Shown here: in pieces, positions 29,359 through 36,915 of the stretch
Layout of the letters: the number at the start of each line of letters is the position of its first letter
Position numbering within the stretch: position 1 is the first letter of the stretch
NCBI GenBank assembly: GCA_036521855.1
Contig: DATDGY010000085.1
Location: forward strand, 87-64,086
Length of the DNA stretch: 64,000 bases
From: Candidatus Angelobacter sp.
GTDB lineage: Bacteria; Acidobacteriota; Terriglobia; Terriglobales; Acidobacteriaceae
Direction of reading: 5' to 3'
The notes under the pieces: model-generated
Told to the model about the DNA's origin: nothing
Seen by the model: only the letters and a program-made list of their open reading frames with translations
The model's database searches: none
Program-made: the position numbers and the translations under genes

Positions 29359-29631
29359 ATGCTTAGACCTGTTGCTCCACGTCCCTCCGCCAACGAGCTT
29401 CATTCCGGCATATCCATGCACCGCATTCGCGCCGTGTATGCAGGCGTCGGCGACGGCCCGGCAGGCTTGCTGGCTGCGGCAGGGGTCATTGTCGTGTGTC
29501 TGTTGGGGTTCCCCCATGCTCGCTGGTTCCTGCTGGCAAGTATTGTTACCGGGTTCATCGCGGCCGTGGCATTCCGGCGCTGGTACCAGCGCAAGCCGAT
29601 TGAGGTCGAGCGCCTCTCCCTCCGCAAGTAG
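29359..29631 (+). CDS. small membrane protein (2 TM), unknown function
   Basis: ORF 29290..29631. ATG 29359 preceded by GAAGGAGAGAAGGTGG. Two hydrophobic helices (LLAAAGVIVVCLLGF, FLLASIVTGFIAAVAF). Confidence 0.4.
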   Translation: MLRPVAPRPSANELHSGISMHRIRAVYAGVGDGPAGLLAAAGVIVVCLLGFPHARWFLLASIVTGFIAAVAFRRWYQRKPIEVERLSLRK

Positions 29632-29719
29632 CAGCCGGCGGATTTCGCTTCTCTTGACGAGTTTAACGAGAGACGGGAATGAGCTTCGCTGGTTTCCCTT
29701 CCAAGGTTTTGGGAGCCTC

Positions 29720-29748
29720 TTGCTGTTGGTCTTTCGTTCATTTGTAAT
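29720..29748 (+). promoter_or_regulatory. possible sigma-70-type promoter for the ytxH-like operon
   Basis: TTGCTG (29720-29725), 17-nt spacer, TGTAAT (29743-29748). 44 nt upstream of ATG 29793. Confidence 0.3.
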
Positions 29749-29792
29749 CGCGCCAACCGGGTGATACCATCGCTCTTTCTGGAGGTCATCCG

Positions 29793-30092
29793 ATGTCGGA
29801 CAGAGATAGCGGCAACAACTTTATGTGGTTTCTGGCGGGCCTGGGTTTTGGCGCCCTGCTGGGCGTGCTCTACGCTCCCCGCTCCGGGCGGGAAACACGC
29901 GATGCCATCCTGAACAGCGCGCAAGAAGGCAAAGAGTATCTGAAAACCCGCGGTCGCGAGGCGCGCGAAACGGTCAACACGTGGGTGGACCGCGGCAAAG
30001 AGGTCGTCGGCCGCCAGAAAGAGCAGTTCAGCCAGGCCGCTGACGCGGCGCGCCAGGCTTATCGCGAAGCCAGCGAAGGCAAAAAAGGCTAA
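29793..30092 (+). CDS. YtxH domain-containing protein
   Basis: 99 aa. N-terminal FLAGLGFGALLGVLYAPRSGRETR is the typical YtxH motif. RBS GGAGG upstream. Confidence 0.8.
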   Translation: MSDRDSGNNFMWFLAGLGFGALLGVLYAPRSGRETRDAILNSAQEGKEYLKTRGREARETVNTWVDRGKEVVGRQKEQFSQAADAARQAYREASEGKKG

Positions 30093-30116
30093 CGCTCTAA
30101 GAGGTTCCCTACCCGA

Positions 30117-30635
30117 GTGACCATCAACGGCACCATGCTGCTCTTTGTGATCGTGGCTGCAGCCGCCATCGTTCTGCAGACGGTGATCCTCTTTGCCCTG
30201 TACAAGATGATGCAGGAGACGACTTCCCGCATGGAAAAGCTGGCCGGGCGAATGGAGGCGCAGACCACGCCCGTCCTGGTCACAGCCCACGCGATCCTGG
30301 ACGATGCCCAGCCGAAGCTCGCGGAAATCACCAGCAACCTGGCCGAGAGCACGGCCCTAGTCCGCTCTCACGTGGCCCAGATGGCGGAAGCCACCGGCGA
30401 AATCGTGGATCGAGCCCGCATGCAGGCCGCGCGCCTGGACGCACTCGTCAGCAGCACCGTTGACAAAATCGAAGTGACCACTGACTTCGTGCAGCACAGC
30501 GTGCTCGGTCCGGTGCGGCGCGTCCAGGCGATCGTTCAGGCAGTAAGCGCAGGGCTGAGCTTTCTGCGCGCCAACCGCGCGCGACGTCGCGCGGAAGCCA
30601 GCAACGGCGACGTGGACGAAGAGATGTTTATTTGA
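30117..30635 (+). CDS. membrane-anchored coiled-coil protein (DUF948-like), unknown function
   Basis: 172 aa, GTG start. One N-terminal TM helix, then a helical region. Adjacent to the ytxH-like gene, as is often seen for such pairs (from memory). Confidence 0.55.
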   Translation: MTINGTMLLFVIVAAAAIVLQTVILFALYKMMQETTSRMEKLAGRMEAQTTPVLVTAHAILDDAQPKLAEITSNLAESTALVRSHVAQMAEATGEIVDRARMQAARLDALVSSTVDKIEVTTDFVQHSVLGPVRRVQAIVQAVSAGLSFLRANRARRRAEASNGDVDEEMFI

Positions 30636-30740
30636 ATTGGTAAATGGGTAAGTTGGTAATTGGGTAATTGAAACGAGGGCTTGAACGAGCAGTGTGTTTA
30701 GACAAATTACCCGTTTACCAAATTATTCAATTACCAAATT
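30636..30740. repeat. GGTAA-rich repeat (family R2) plus a partial inverted copy; candidate bidirectional terminator
   Basis: ATTGGTAAATGGGTAAGTTGGTAATTGGGTAATTGAAA (30636-30673). GGTAAATGGGTAA (30639-30651) can pair with TTACCCGTTTACC (30707-30719). GGTAATTGAA (30662-30671) can pair with TTCAATTACC (30727-30736). Lies between convergent genes. Confidence 0.65.
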
Positions 30741-30750
30741 TCTTATTCCT

Positions 30751-32910
30751 TCACCTTCCAAACTTCACCATCACATGCCCGCCGGGCATGATTTTCGACC
30801 CGGGCGCCGGTGATTGATCCCGGCCCACGCCGCTGCCGCTGACCTCAAGCTCGATTCCGGCCGACTGAGCTTCCTCCAGGGCCGAGCGCAAGGCCTTACC
30901 GTGAAAATCAGGTACCACTACACTGCCGCCGACGTCCAACACGACGGTCCCTCTCGGCGGAATTGCATTGGCAATCAGGGCCGACACGGGCGGGTCCAAT
31001 GTCTTGGTTGCGATGGAAGTGGATTCATTTGGCGCACGCGACGGCGCGTTCGCAGCGACCGCGGGCTTCTCCACGGTGTCCTTTTGCTGCGCCGGCTCGG
31101 GTGGAAGCACCGCGGGAGTCGCATTGGTATCTTCCTGGGCAATGTAGTCCGGCGCCGCTTCGCCGAGGTCAGTATCTTTCGCCTGAGCGCGCAAGATTTG
31201 ACGGCGATGGCCTTCGTTTTGCAAATCTAGATCGTGGGGCACGTTCAGGTATTCCAAGACCTGCTGGGTCACGCGCGAGAAAACTGGCGCGGCTGCCGAA
31301 CCGCCTTCATGGGTTCCCGCCGGCGAGTCCAGCACCACCAGCACACTAACTGCGGGATTGTTGACCGGGGCAAAGCCAGTGAACGAAGCAATGTAATGCG
31401 ACTTGGAATAGCGTCCGGTGGCGGGATCGGTCTTCTGCGCGGTGCCGGTCTTGCCTGCGGAGCTGTAGCCATCAAGGATGGCCTTCACGCCGGTGCCGCG
31501 CAGAACCACCCCTTCCATCATCCGTTTCATCTGCGCCGCCGTCATGGTGGAGATTACGCGCCGTCCAGCGGCGGGATGAAACGCGATCAACTGTGGCGTG
31601 GTGCGCGGCGGCGTGATGCCGGCGACGATCCGTGGCGGCACCAGAACGCCGTCGTTGGCGATGGTGGAAGCCATGGCGATCAGCTGCAGCGGGGAAACCC
31701 CGATCTCCTGCCCCATAGAGATGGCGCCGATGCTGATCTTGGACCAGCGGCTGGTGGGCTTGGTCAGACCACGGGTCTCGCCGGGAAGCTCGATGCCGGT
31801 TTGCGAACCGAAACCGAAGGCGCGGATGTAGCGGTCAAATCTTTCCTCGCCCAAACGCAGCGCGATCTTGATGGCGCCGACGTCACTCGAGTTCTGCAGC
31901 ACCTGGGCGATGGTCAGCGCGCCGTAAGGCTTGTGGTCATGGATCAGCCGTCCATTGAGCACGATGGAGCCCATCTGGCAGTCGACCACTTCGTCCGGGT
32001 TGGTCAGCTTCTCCTCCAGCGCGGCCGCCAAGGTGACGATCTTGAACGTCGAGCCGGGCTCGTAGATGTCGCTGACGGCGCGGTTCTTGCGCGAATTGGG
32101 ATCGGCGGTGCTGAAAGCGTTGGGATTGAACCCGGGTGAGTTGGCCAGCGCCAGGATCTCGCCGGTATGCGGATTTTGCACAATGATTGTGCCGGATTCG
32201 GCATGCGTCGCGGCCATGGCCTTGGCCAGCTCGTGGTCGGCCATGTATTGGATGTTTTCGTCGAGAGTGAGGACCACGTTTTCACCAGGTTCCGGGTTCT
32301 TCTCCACGCTGCCGAACCAGCGCCGCTTGGCGTCCATGGTGATGAGCATCTTGCCCGGCTTGCCGGTGAGCCTGGAATCAAACTGGCGCTCCAAGCCGCC
32401 CAGGCCCTCGTCGTCCAGGCCAACGTAGCCTAGAACCTGCGCCGCGAGTTCCCGCTTGGGATAAGAACGCTTCGACTCTTTCTGAAAATAAATTCCCTTC
32501 AAGTTGAGCGCGCGAATGCGGGCGCTGGTCGCGGGGTCCAGTTTGCGCGCTACCCAGGCAAAAGCATGGGAGCCGCGCATACGATTCTCGATCTCTTGCG
32601 AGTCGCTGTTGAGGACCCGGCCCAGAATCGCCGCGGCGCCATGGATGTCGGGGATCTCGGCGGGGACGGCGAACACCGAGTCGGCGCGGACGCTCATCGC
32701 CAGCTCGTTTCCGTTGCGGTCGTAGATGTTACCGCGCACCGGCGCCACGTCGATGCTCCGCTGCTGCTGGCGCGCGGCCCGCTGGGCGAAGTCACCGTAG
32801 CTCACCACCTGCAGCCACATCAGGCGGAGGCAGATCACCAGAAACCAGAAAGCCACGAATCCGGCCAGCCAGTAGAGACGGACATTTGAGTTAGCGGATT
32901 TTGTGGCCAT
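30751..32910 (-). CDS. ftsI: peptidoglycan D,D-transpeptidase FtsI (class B PBP) with C-terminal PASTA-like domain
   Basis: 719 aa. N-terminal TM anchor, PBP dimerisation and transpeptidase regions (STFK active-site motif in YEPGSTFKIVT; SSD; KTGT). Follows ftsL in the dcw cluster. The last ~60 aa resemble a PASTA domain. Confidence 0.9.
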   Translation of the reverse strand: MATKSANSNVRLYWLAGFVAFWFLVICLRLMWLQVVSYGDFAQRAARQQQRSIDVAPVRGNIYDRNGNELAMSVRADSVFAVPAEIPDIHGAAAILGRVLNSDSQEIENRMRGSHAFAWVARKLDPATSARIRALNLKGIYFQKESKRSYPKRELAAQVLGYVGLDDEGLGGLERQFDSRLTGKPGKMLITMDAKRRWFGSVEKNPEPGENVVLTLDENIQYMADHELAKAMAATHAESGTIIVQNPHTGEILALANSPGFNPNAFSTADPNSRKNRAVSDIYEPGSTFKIVTLAAALEEKLTNPDEVVDCQMGSIVLNGRLIHDHKPYGALTIAQVLQNSSDVGAIKIALRLGEERFDRYIRAFGFGSQTGIELPGETRGLTKPTSRWSKISIGAISMGQEIGVSPLQLIAMASTIANDGVLVPPRIVAGITPPRTTPQLIAFHPAAGRRVISTMTAAQMKRMMEGVVLRGTGVKAILDGYSSAGKTGTAQKTDPATGRYSKSHYIASFTGFAPVNNPAVSVLVVLDSPAGTHEGGSAAAPVFSRVTQQVLEYLNVPHDLDLQNEGHRRQILRAQAKDTDLGEAAPDYIAQEDTNATPAVLPPEPAQQKDTVEKPAVAANAPSRAPNESTSIATKTLDPPVSALIANAIPPRGTVVLDVGGSVVVPDFHGKALRSALEEAQSAGIELEVSGSGVGRDQSPAPGSKIMPGGHVMVKFGR

Positions 32911-32919
32911 AGGAAGAAA

Positions 32920-33047
32920 GCACTCAGCAGTCAGTATCCAGCATTTCAGCCCTCAGCTCCTCGACACCAAGGGTGGGCCCACAACGAACCATGGCCTTCC
33001 ATCAAAATGCCCCGCGGGCTGAATGCTGACAGCTGATTGCTGAGTGC
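32920..33047. repeat. long imperfect inverted repeat (about 32-nt arms) between ftsL and ftsI
   Basis: Left arm GCACTCAGCAGTCAGTATCCAGCATTTCAGCCC (32920-32952). Right arm GGGCTGAATGCTGACAGCTGATTGCTGAGTGC (33016-33047). In ftsI-sense RNA the hairpin is followed by UUUCUUCCU and then the ftsI AUG. Confidence 0.7.
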
Positions 33048-33151
33048 TTCAAAAAAACGCATGGCGGCTCCAGCAGGTTTTCCAGAGTCCGCCATAAATT
33101 GGGCCGGCGTTATGCCGCCCAAACCGTTAACCCAACACTCGATCTTCGCGC

Positions 33152-33628
33152 CTATTGTGCCGAGATCACAGCCACCGGAGAAATCTGGGCAATGACGCGC
33201 CCGGCGCTGTCCTCCGTATCCAGGCGGACCACCTGTCCCGGATCCGGCGCCTTCAGTCCCATCTGCTGCGCCAGGAGATCAATCCGCCCTGGGTCGCGTA
33301 GGGAGGCCTCTTCCAGCTTCAGCGCGCGGTTCAGGTCCGCAAGCCGGTCCCGTTCCGATCGCTGGGCCTCAATGCGATAGCCATACTCGACGGCGCGGAA
33401 ATGCTGCCAGGTGTAGAACATCACAACCAGGAACAAAGCGGCTACGCTGGCGGAGAGCATGCGGATTTCCCGCCGGCGCTGCGGGTCAGAGACCTTGACC
33501 ACGCGGGAGTTGTCGATCGTCTTGTGGAAGTAAAACTCCGGAGTGATCCCGGCAACACACCGCCGCGCTCCCGTGCGCGGTCCCACCGGCGTAATCATTC
33601 CCGTAATGTTCATTGCCCCGGCTGCCAT
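33152..33628 (-). CDS. ftsL: cell division protein FtsL
   Basis: 158 aa. Single TM (LSASVAALFLVVMFYTW) followed by a coiled-coil segment. Sits in the canonical position between rsmH and ftsI. Confidence 0.75.
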   Translation of the reverse strand: MAAGAMNITGMITPVGPRTGARRCVAGITPEFYFHKTIDNSRVVKVSDPQRRREIRMLSASVAALFLVVMFYTWQHFRAVEYGYRIEAQRSERDRLADLNRALKLEEASLRDPGRIDLLAQQMGLKAPDPGQVVRLDTEDSAGRVIAQISPVAVISAQ

Positions 33629-33775
33629 CTATGCCACCTCAACCAGTTCAGGGGACTCGATCCGGCGGAGCGGATCGCTATACAAGTCCGTTTTGGTGTT
33701 CTGTTCTTCGCGGGCATGCCGCTCCGCGCGCTCCACGCTTCTGATCAACTCTTCAATCGTCATGCCTTGAAACAT
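33629..33775 (-). CDS. small ORF (48 aa) between rsmH and ftsL, unknown function
   Basis: Not in the ORF track because it is under 60 aa. ATG 33775, MFQGMTIEELIRSVERAERHAREEQNTKTDLYSDPLRRIESPELVEVA, TAG at 33629-33631 directly abutting the ftsL ATG (33628). Weak RBS. Confidence 0.3.
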   Translation of the reverse strand: MFQGMTIEELIRSVERAERHAREEQNTKTDLYSDPLRRIESPELVEVA

Positions 33776-33891
33776 CGTTGTATCTTCGCTTTCTCGAGGG
33801 AACTTTTTTCCGGGGTGGCGCCGTTGGAATAGCGGGGACCTGAAGTTTTCTTTCGCCCAAGTAGAGGAAGGCAGCGCCTCCCCGGAAACTT

Positions 33892-34884
33892 TTATCGATT
33901 CTCGCGCCGCTTTGGCCTGCGAGAAACCGAATCCTGTGTTCGTTCCGCGGCCCGCAGCTTCGCGCTGCGCGACCGGGGATTGCGATCGACCTCTTCTTCG
34001 CCGGCTATCACCGGCTTCTTCGTTAGAACCGTGTAGAACCCTGATTTTGCGCCGCCGCGCAAAGCATCTTTGACGATGCGGTCTTCCAGGGAGTGAAAGC
34101 TGATCACCACCAGCCTTCCTCCCGGCCTCAGGACGCCCGGCGCGGCTTCCAGCAGCGCCTTCAGATCATCCAACTCGCGGTTTACGAAGATTCGGATTGC
34201 CTGGAAAGTTCTCGTCGCGGGATGAATTCGTTCCGGAGCTCCATGTTTCATTGACCGGAGCGCAGCCGATATAACCTTTGATAGATGAGCGGTACTTCGT
34301 ATCGGCCGCGCCCGGACAATGGCTCTGGCGATTCTCCGCGACCTCCTTTCCTCACCGAATTCGTAAATCACATTCGCCAGGTCACCCTCGCGCATGTGGT
34401 TTACCACTTGATCGGCGGTGCGTTCGGCATGCGGGTCCATACGCATGTCGAGCGGCCCTTCCGCCTGAAAACTGAATCCGCGGGCCGGATCACCGAACTG
34501 CAACGAACTCACGCCCAGATCGGCCAGCAGCCCGTCCGCGCTGGCGGACGGGACATGCTGGGGGAGATCAGCGTAGGAGCTGTGCAACAAGGTGACGCGC
34601 GGCTGCTCGCCTTGGATATCGGCGAGCCGCTTGCGGGCGTGCTCCAGCGCCTGGGGGTCCTTATCGAAGCCAATCAAATGACCCTGTGGGCCAAGGCGTC
34701 TTGCGATTTCTAAGCTGTGTCCGCCCAAACCCAGGGTCGCGTCGATATAGACGCCGCCACGCCGGATTGCCAAAAAGTCGATCGCTTCTTTTAAAAGAAC
34801 TGAAACATGGCCGGCCTCTGGTCCACCGCCATGCGCCCCCTCGGGGGCTTTGGCTTCGTTCCTGCCAAAATCCTCGTCCGCCAC
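33892..34884 (-). CDS. rsmH: 16S rRNA (cytosine1402-N4)-methyltransferase
   Basis: 330 aa. HVSVLLKEAIDFL, DATLGLGGHS and SFHSLEDRIVK motifs. GTG start shares one nt with the mraZ stop (TAGTG). Confidence 0.95.
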   Translation of the reverse strand: MADEDFGRNEAKAPEGAHGGGPEAGHVSVLLKEAIDFLAIRRGGVYIDATLGLGGHSLEIARRLGPQGHLIGFDKDPQALEHARKRLADIQGEQPRVTLLHSSYADLPQHVPSASADGLLADLGVSSLQFGDPARGFSFQAEGPLDMRMDPHAERTADQVVNHMREGDLANVIYEFGEERRSRRIARAIVRARPIRSTAHLSKVISAALRSMKHGAPERIHPATRTFQAIRIFVNRELDDLKALLEAAPGVLRPGGRLVVISFHSLEDRIVKDALRGGAKSGFYTVLTKKPVIAGEEEVDRNPRSRSAKLRAAERTQDSVSRRPKRRENR

Positions 34885-35324
34885 TAGATGCCCAGTTCGT
34901 CGAGAGTCTTCTCATCCTCAGCCGTGAACGGGTTCTCTTCGATGTCCCTGCGATACGCCTCGATGCTCTGCACTTCCAGGTAGGTCAGGTTGCCGACCAC
35001 GGCTACCTCGCCTTTGATCCCCGCCGATTCACGTAACAACGACGGAACCAGCAGCCTTCCCTGCCCGTCGATCTCCACGACTTGGCCGTAATAGTTGGTG
35101 CGGTTCAGAAACTTTTTCTTGGTCGGGTTGAAATTCGAGAGCCTGGCCAGCTTTTCCTCGATCCGCTGCCATTCCTCGTAGGGATAAACTTGAGCAACCT
35201 TTCCGTCCACGCTGGTGATGTAAAATTGGGTGCCGTACTTCTCGTCGATCAGACGCTTGAATTCCGCCGGCACCTTGAGCCGTCCTTTTTCGTCCACGCG
35301 AGTTGGATGGTTGCCGCGAAACAT
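34884..35324 (-). CDS. mraZ: division/cell wall cluster transcriptional regulator MraZ
   Basis: 146 aa. MFRGNHPTRVDEKGRLKVPAEFK and a second DxxGR repeat (EIDGQGRLLVPSLLR). Confidence 0.95.
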   Translation of the reverse strand: MFRGNHPTRVDEKGRLKVPAEFKRLIDEKYGTQFYITSVDGKVAQVYPYEEWQRIEEKLARLSNFNPTKKKFLNRTNYYGQVVEIDGQGRLLVPSLLRESAGIKGEVAVVGNLTYLEVQSIEAYRRDIEENPFTAEDEKTLDELGI

Positions 35325-35453
35325 GCTGTCTGACGACTGCTCCGGCTACCGCCGGCAAAAATAAAAAGGAGGCGAAAACGGTAATCTCTTGCTGAATTTC
35401 GGGCTCGGTCACGCCGTTTTTGGGGGCTTCTGGGTTCATTTGCCCTTTGCTCT

Positions 35454-35543
35454 ACTTTGGACCACTTACCCCTTGATCGAACCTCTTGATACCACTTTCA
35501 ACCACTTTGGACCACATCCTACGCTTAAATGGTTGCCTGTCAA
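35454..35543 (-). promoter_or_regulatory. predicted Pmra promoter with phased GTGGT (MraZ-box-like) direct repeats
   Basis: Minus strand: TTGACA (35543-35538), 16-nt spacer, TAGGAT (35521-35516). Immediately followed by GTGGTCCAAAGTGGTTGAAAGTGGT, i.e. GTGGT at 35515-35511, 35505-35501 and 35495-35491 with 10-bp phasing, plus a fourth at 35465-35461. Confidence 0.5.
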
Positions 35544-35687
35544 GGACTTTTTTTGAGGTATCATCTGGAATCAGCACTACACCAACCCTCTTCCCGCCTC
35601 TTGTGGAAGGGCGATCGCCAGAACACAAGGCATTGTGTTTACCTCCCTGGTTCGACCCTGCGAAGAACACATTCGAGCCGCTGAGCT

Positions 35688-36845
35688 ATGCCGAAAACGT
35701 CTTCTTCTCATCGGCGCGATTCACTCAGTTTGTCGGAGATCGTCCGCTTCCGCCTGGCGCGGCATCATCTTCTGTCGCCAGGACAGCCAGACGCAGTGAT
35801 TCTGGCCCGCGATGTCTGTGGCATTCAGGCGCAGGTCATGTCGGCGGCATTTCTTCAGCTCTGGACACGCAACCATGCGATCACGCGGGCGGAGATTGAA
35901 ACCGCTCTCTGGCGGAAGCGCTCTCTGGTGAAGACATCATTGATGCGACAGACGCTGCATCTTGTTCCCGCCAACGCTTTCCCCGTTTACATCGCGGCTC
36001 TCAGGACCAGCCGGGTGGCCGGAGCCCTGCGCATCATGGGCAAATTCAAGATTTCTCGCGAAGAAGCCGGCGCTCTCACCGCGCTGATCATGGAGGCTCT
36101 ATCCTCCGGGCCGCTGGGCCGCGCCGCCATTGCGGCCGCGGTTCGCCCCAAGGTCAGCAAGCGCGTGCGCGCCTGGATGGAAAAAGTATGGAGCATCGTC
36201 CGCGTTCCGGTTGCGGAGGGCTTGATTTGTTATGGCCCCGGCGAAGGAAACGAGGTCACGTTCATCCGCGCGGACCAATGGCTGGGGAAACAGCAGCACG
36301 TCGCTGAAGAGCCAGCCCGGGTAGAATTGTTGCGCGCCTATCTGCGCGCTTACGGCCCGGCCACGCTCACGGATTTTTCGCATTGGTCGGGCATGCCCGC
36401 AGGCGAGTTACGACCGTTGCGTGAGCTTCTCGGAAACGAACTAGTCGAGATTGAAGTAGAAAAGAAGAATTGCCTGCTGCTTCGTGAAGATCTTGCGGCT
36501 TTGGGTCAAGAGGGGCAGGGGCCAGACTGCGTTCGGCTGCTTCCCTATTTCGATCCCTACCTGCTGGCCCATCGCCAAAAGGACCATCTCATTGAAGCCA
36601 GACACTACAAGCGTGTGTACCGGAACCAGGGCTGGATCTCGCCCGTGGTGCTGGTAAATGGGAGCGTGGCCGGCGTCTGGTCGTACAAGCGCCAGGGCCA
36701 GATGCTGCAAGTCACTATCGAGCCGTTGCAAAAGCTCACGCGTACCGTGCGAACAGCCCTTGCTCGGGAAGCCGGGTCATTGGCCGGCTTTTTCGAGAGC
36801 ACTCTGGAACTTGCGATCCGAACAACGGCCACAATCAGCGAGTAA
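35688..36845 (+). CDS. winged-helix DNA-binding domain protein (YcaQ/AlkZ-like, putative DNA glycosylase family)
   Basis: 385 aa. N-terminal LSLSEIVRFRLARHHLL...DVCGIQAQ pattern and overall length are typical of the YcaQ family (from memory). Confidence 0.65.
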   Translation: MPKTSSSHRRDSLSLSEIVRFRLARHHLLSPGQPDAVILARDVCGIQAQVMSAAFLQLWTRNHAITRAEIETALWRKRSLVKTSLMRQTLHLVPANAFPVYIAALRTSRVAGALRIMGKFKISREEAGALTALIMEALSSGPLGRAAIAAAVRPKVSKRVRAWMEKVWSIVRVPVAEGLICYGPGEGNEVTFIRADQWLGKQQHVAEEPARVELLRAYLRAYGPATLTDFSHWSGMPAGELRPLRELLGNELVEIEVEKKNCLLLREDLAALGQEGQGPDCVRLLPYFDPYLLAHRQKDHLIEARHYKRVYRNQGWISPVVLVNGSVAGVWSYKRQGQMLQVTIEPLQKLTRTVRTALAREAGSLAGFFESTLELAIRTTATISE

Positions 36846-36882
36846 AAAACCCAAGCCCCGGAAGAATGACTCCTCCGGGGCT
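36844..36882 (-). terminator. Rho-independent terminator (usable from both convergent genes)
   Basis: AGCCCCGGA (36854-36862) pairs with TCCGGGGCT (36874-36882). On the minus-strand RNA the hairpin is followed by UGGGUUUUUU. Confidence 0.75.
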
Positions 36883-36915
36883 CTTTGGCCAATTCCAACT
36901 ACAGGAGAGAGCGTT

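Noticed and set aside
35452-35899. Track ORFs 35452..35670 (-) and 35486..35899 (+) in the mraZ upstream region
   Set aside because: - They overlap the predicted Pmra promoter/operator and the start of the YcaQ-like gene.
- They have no RBS, and their translations have unconvincing composition.
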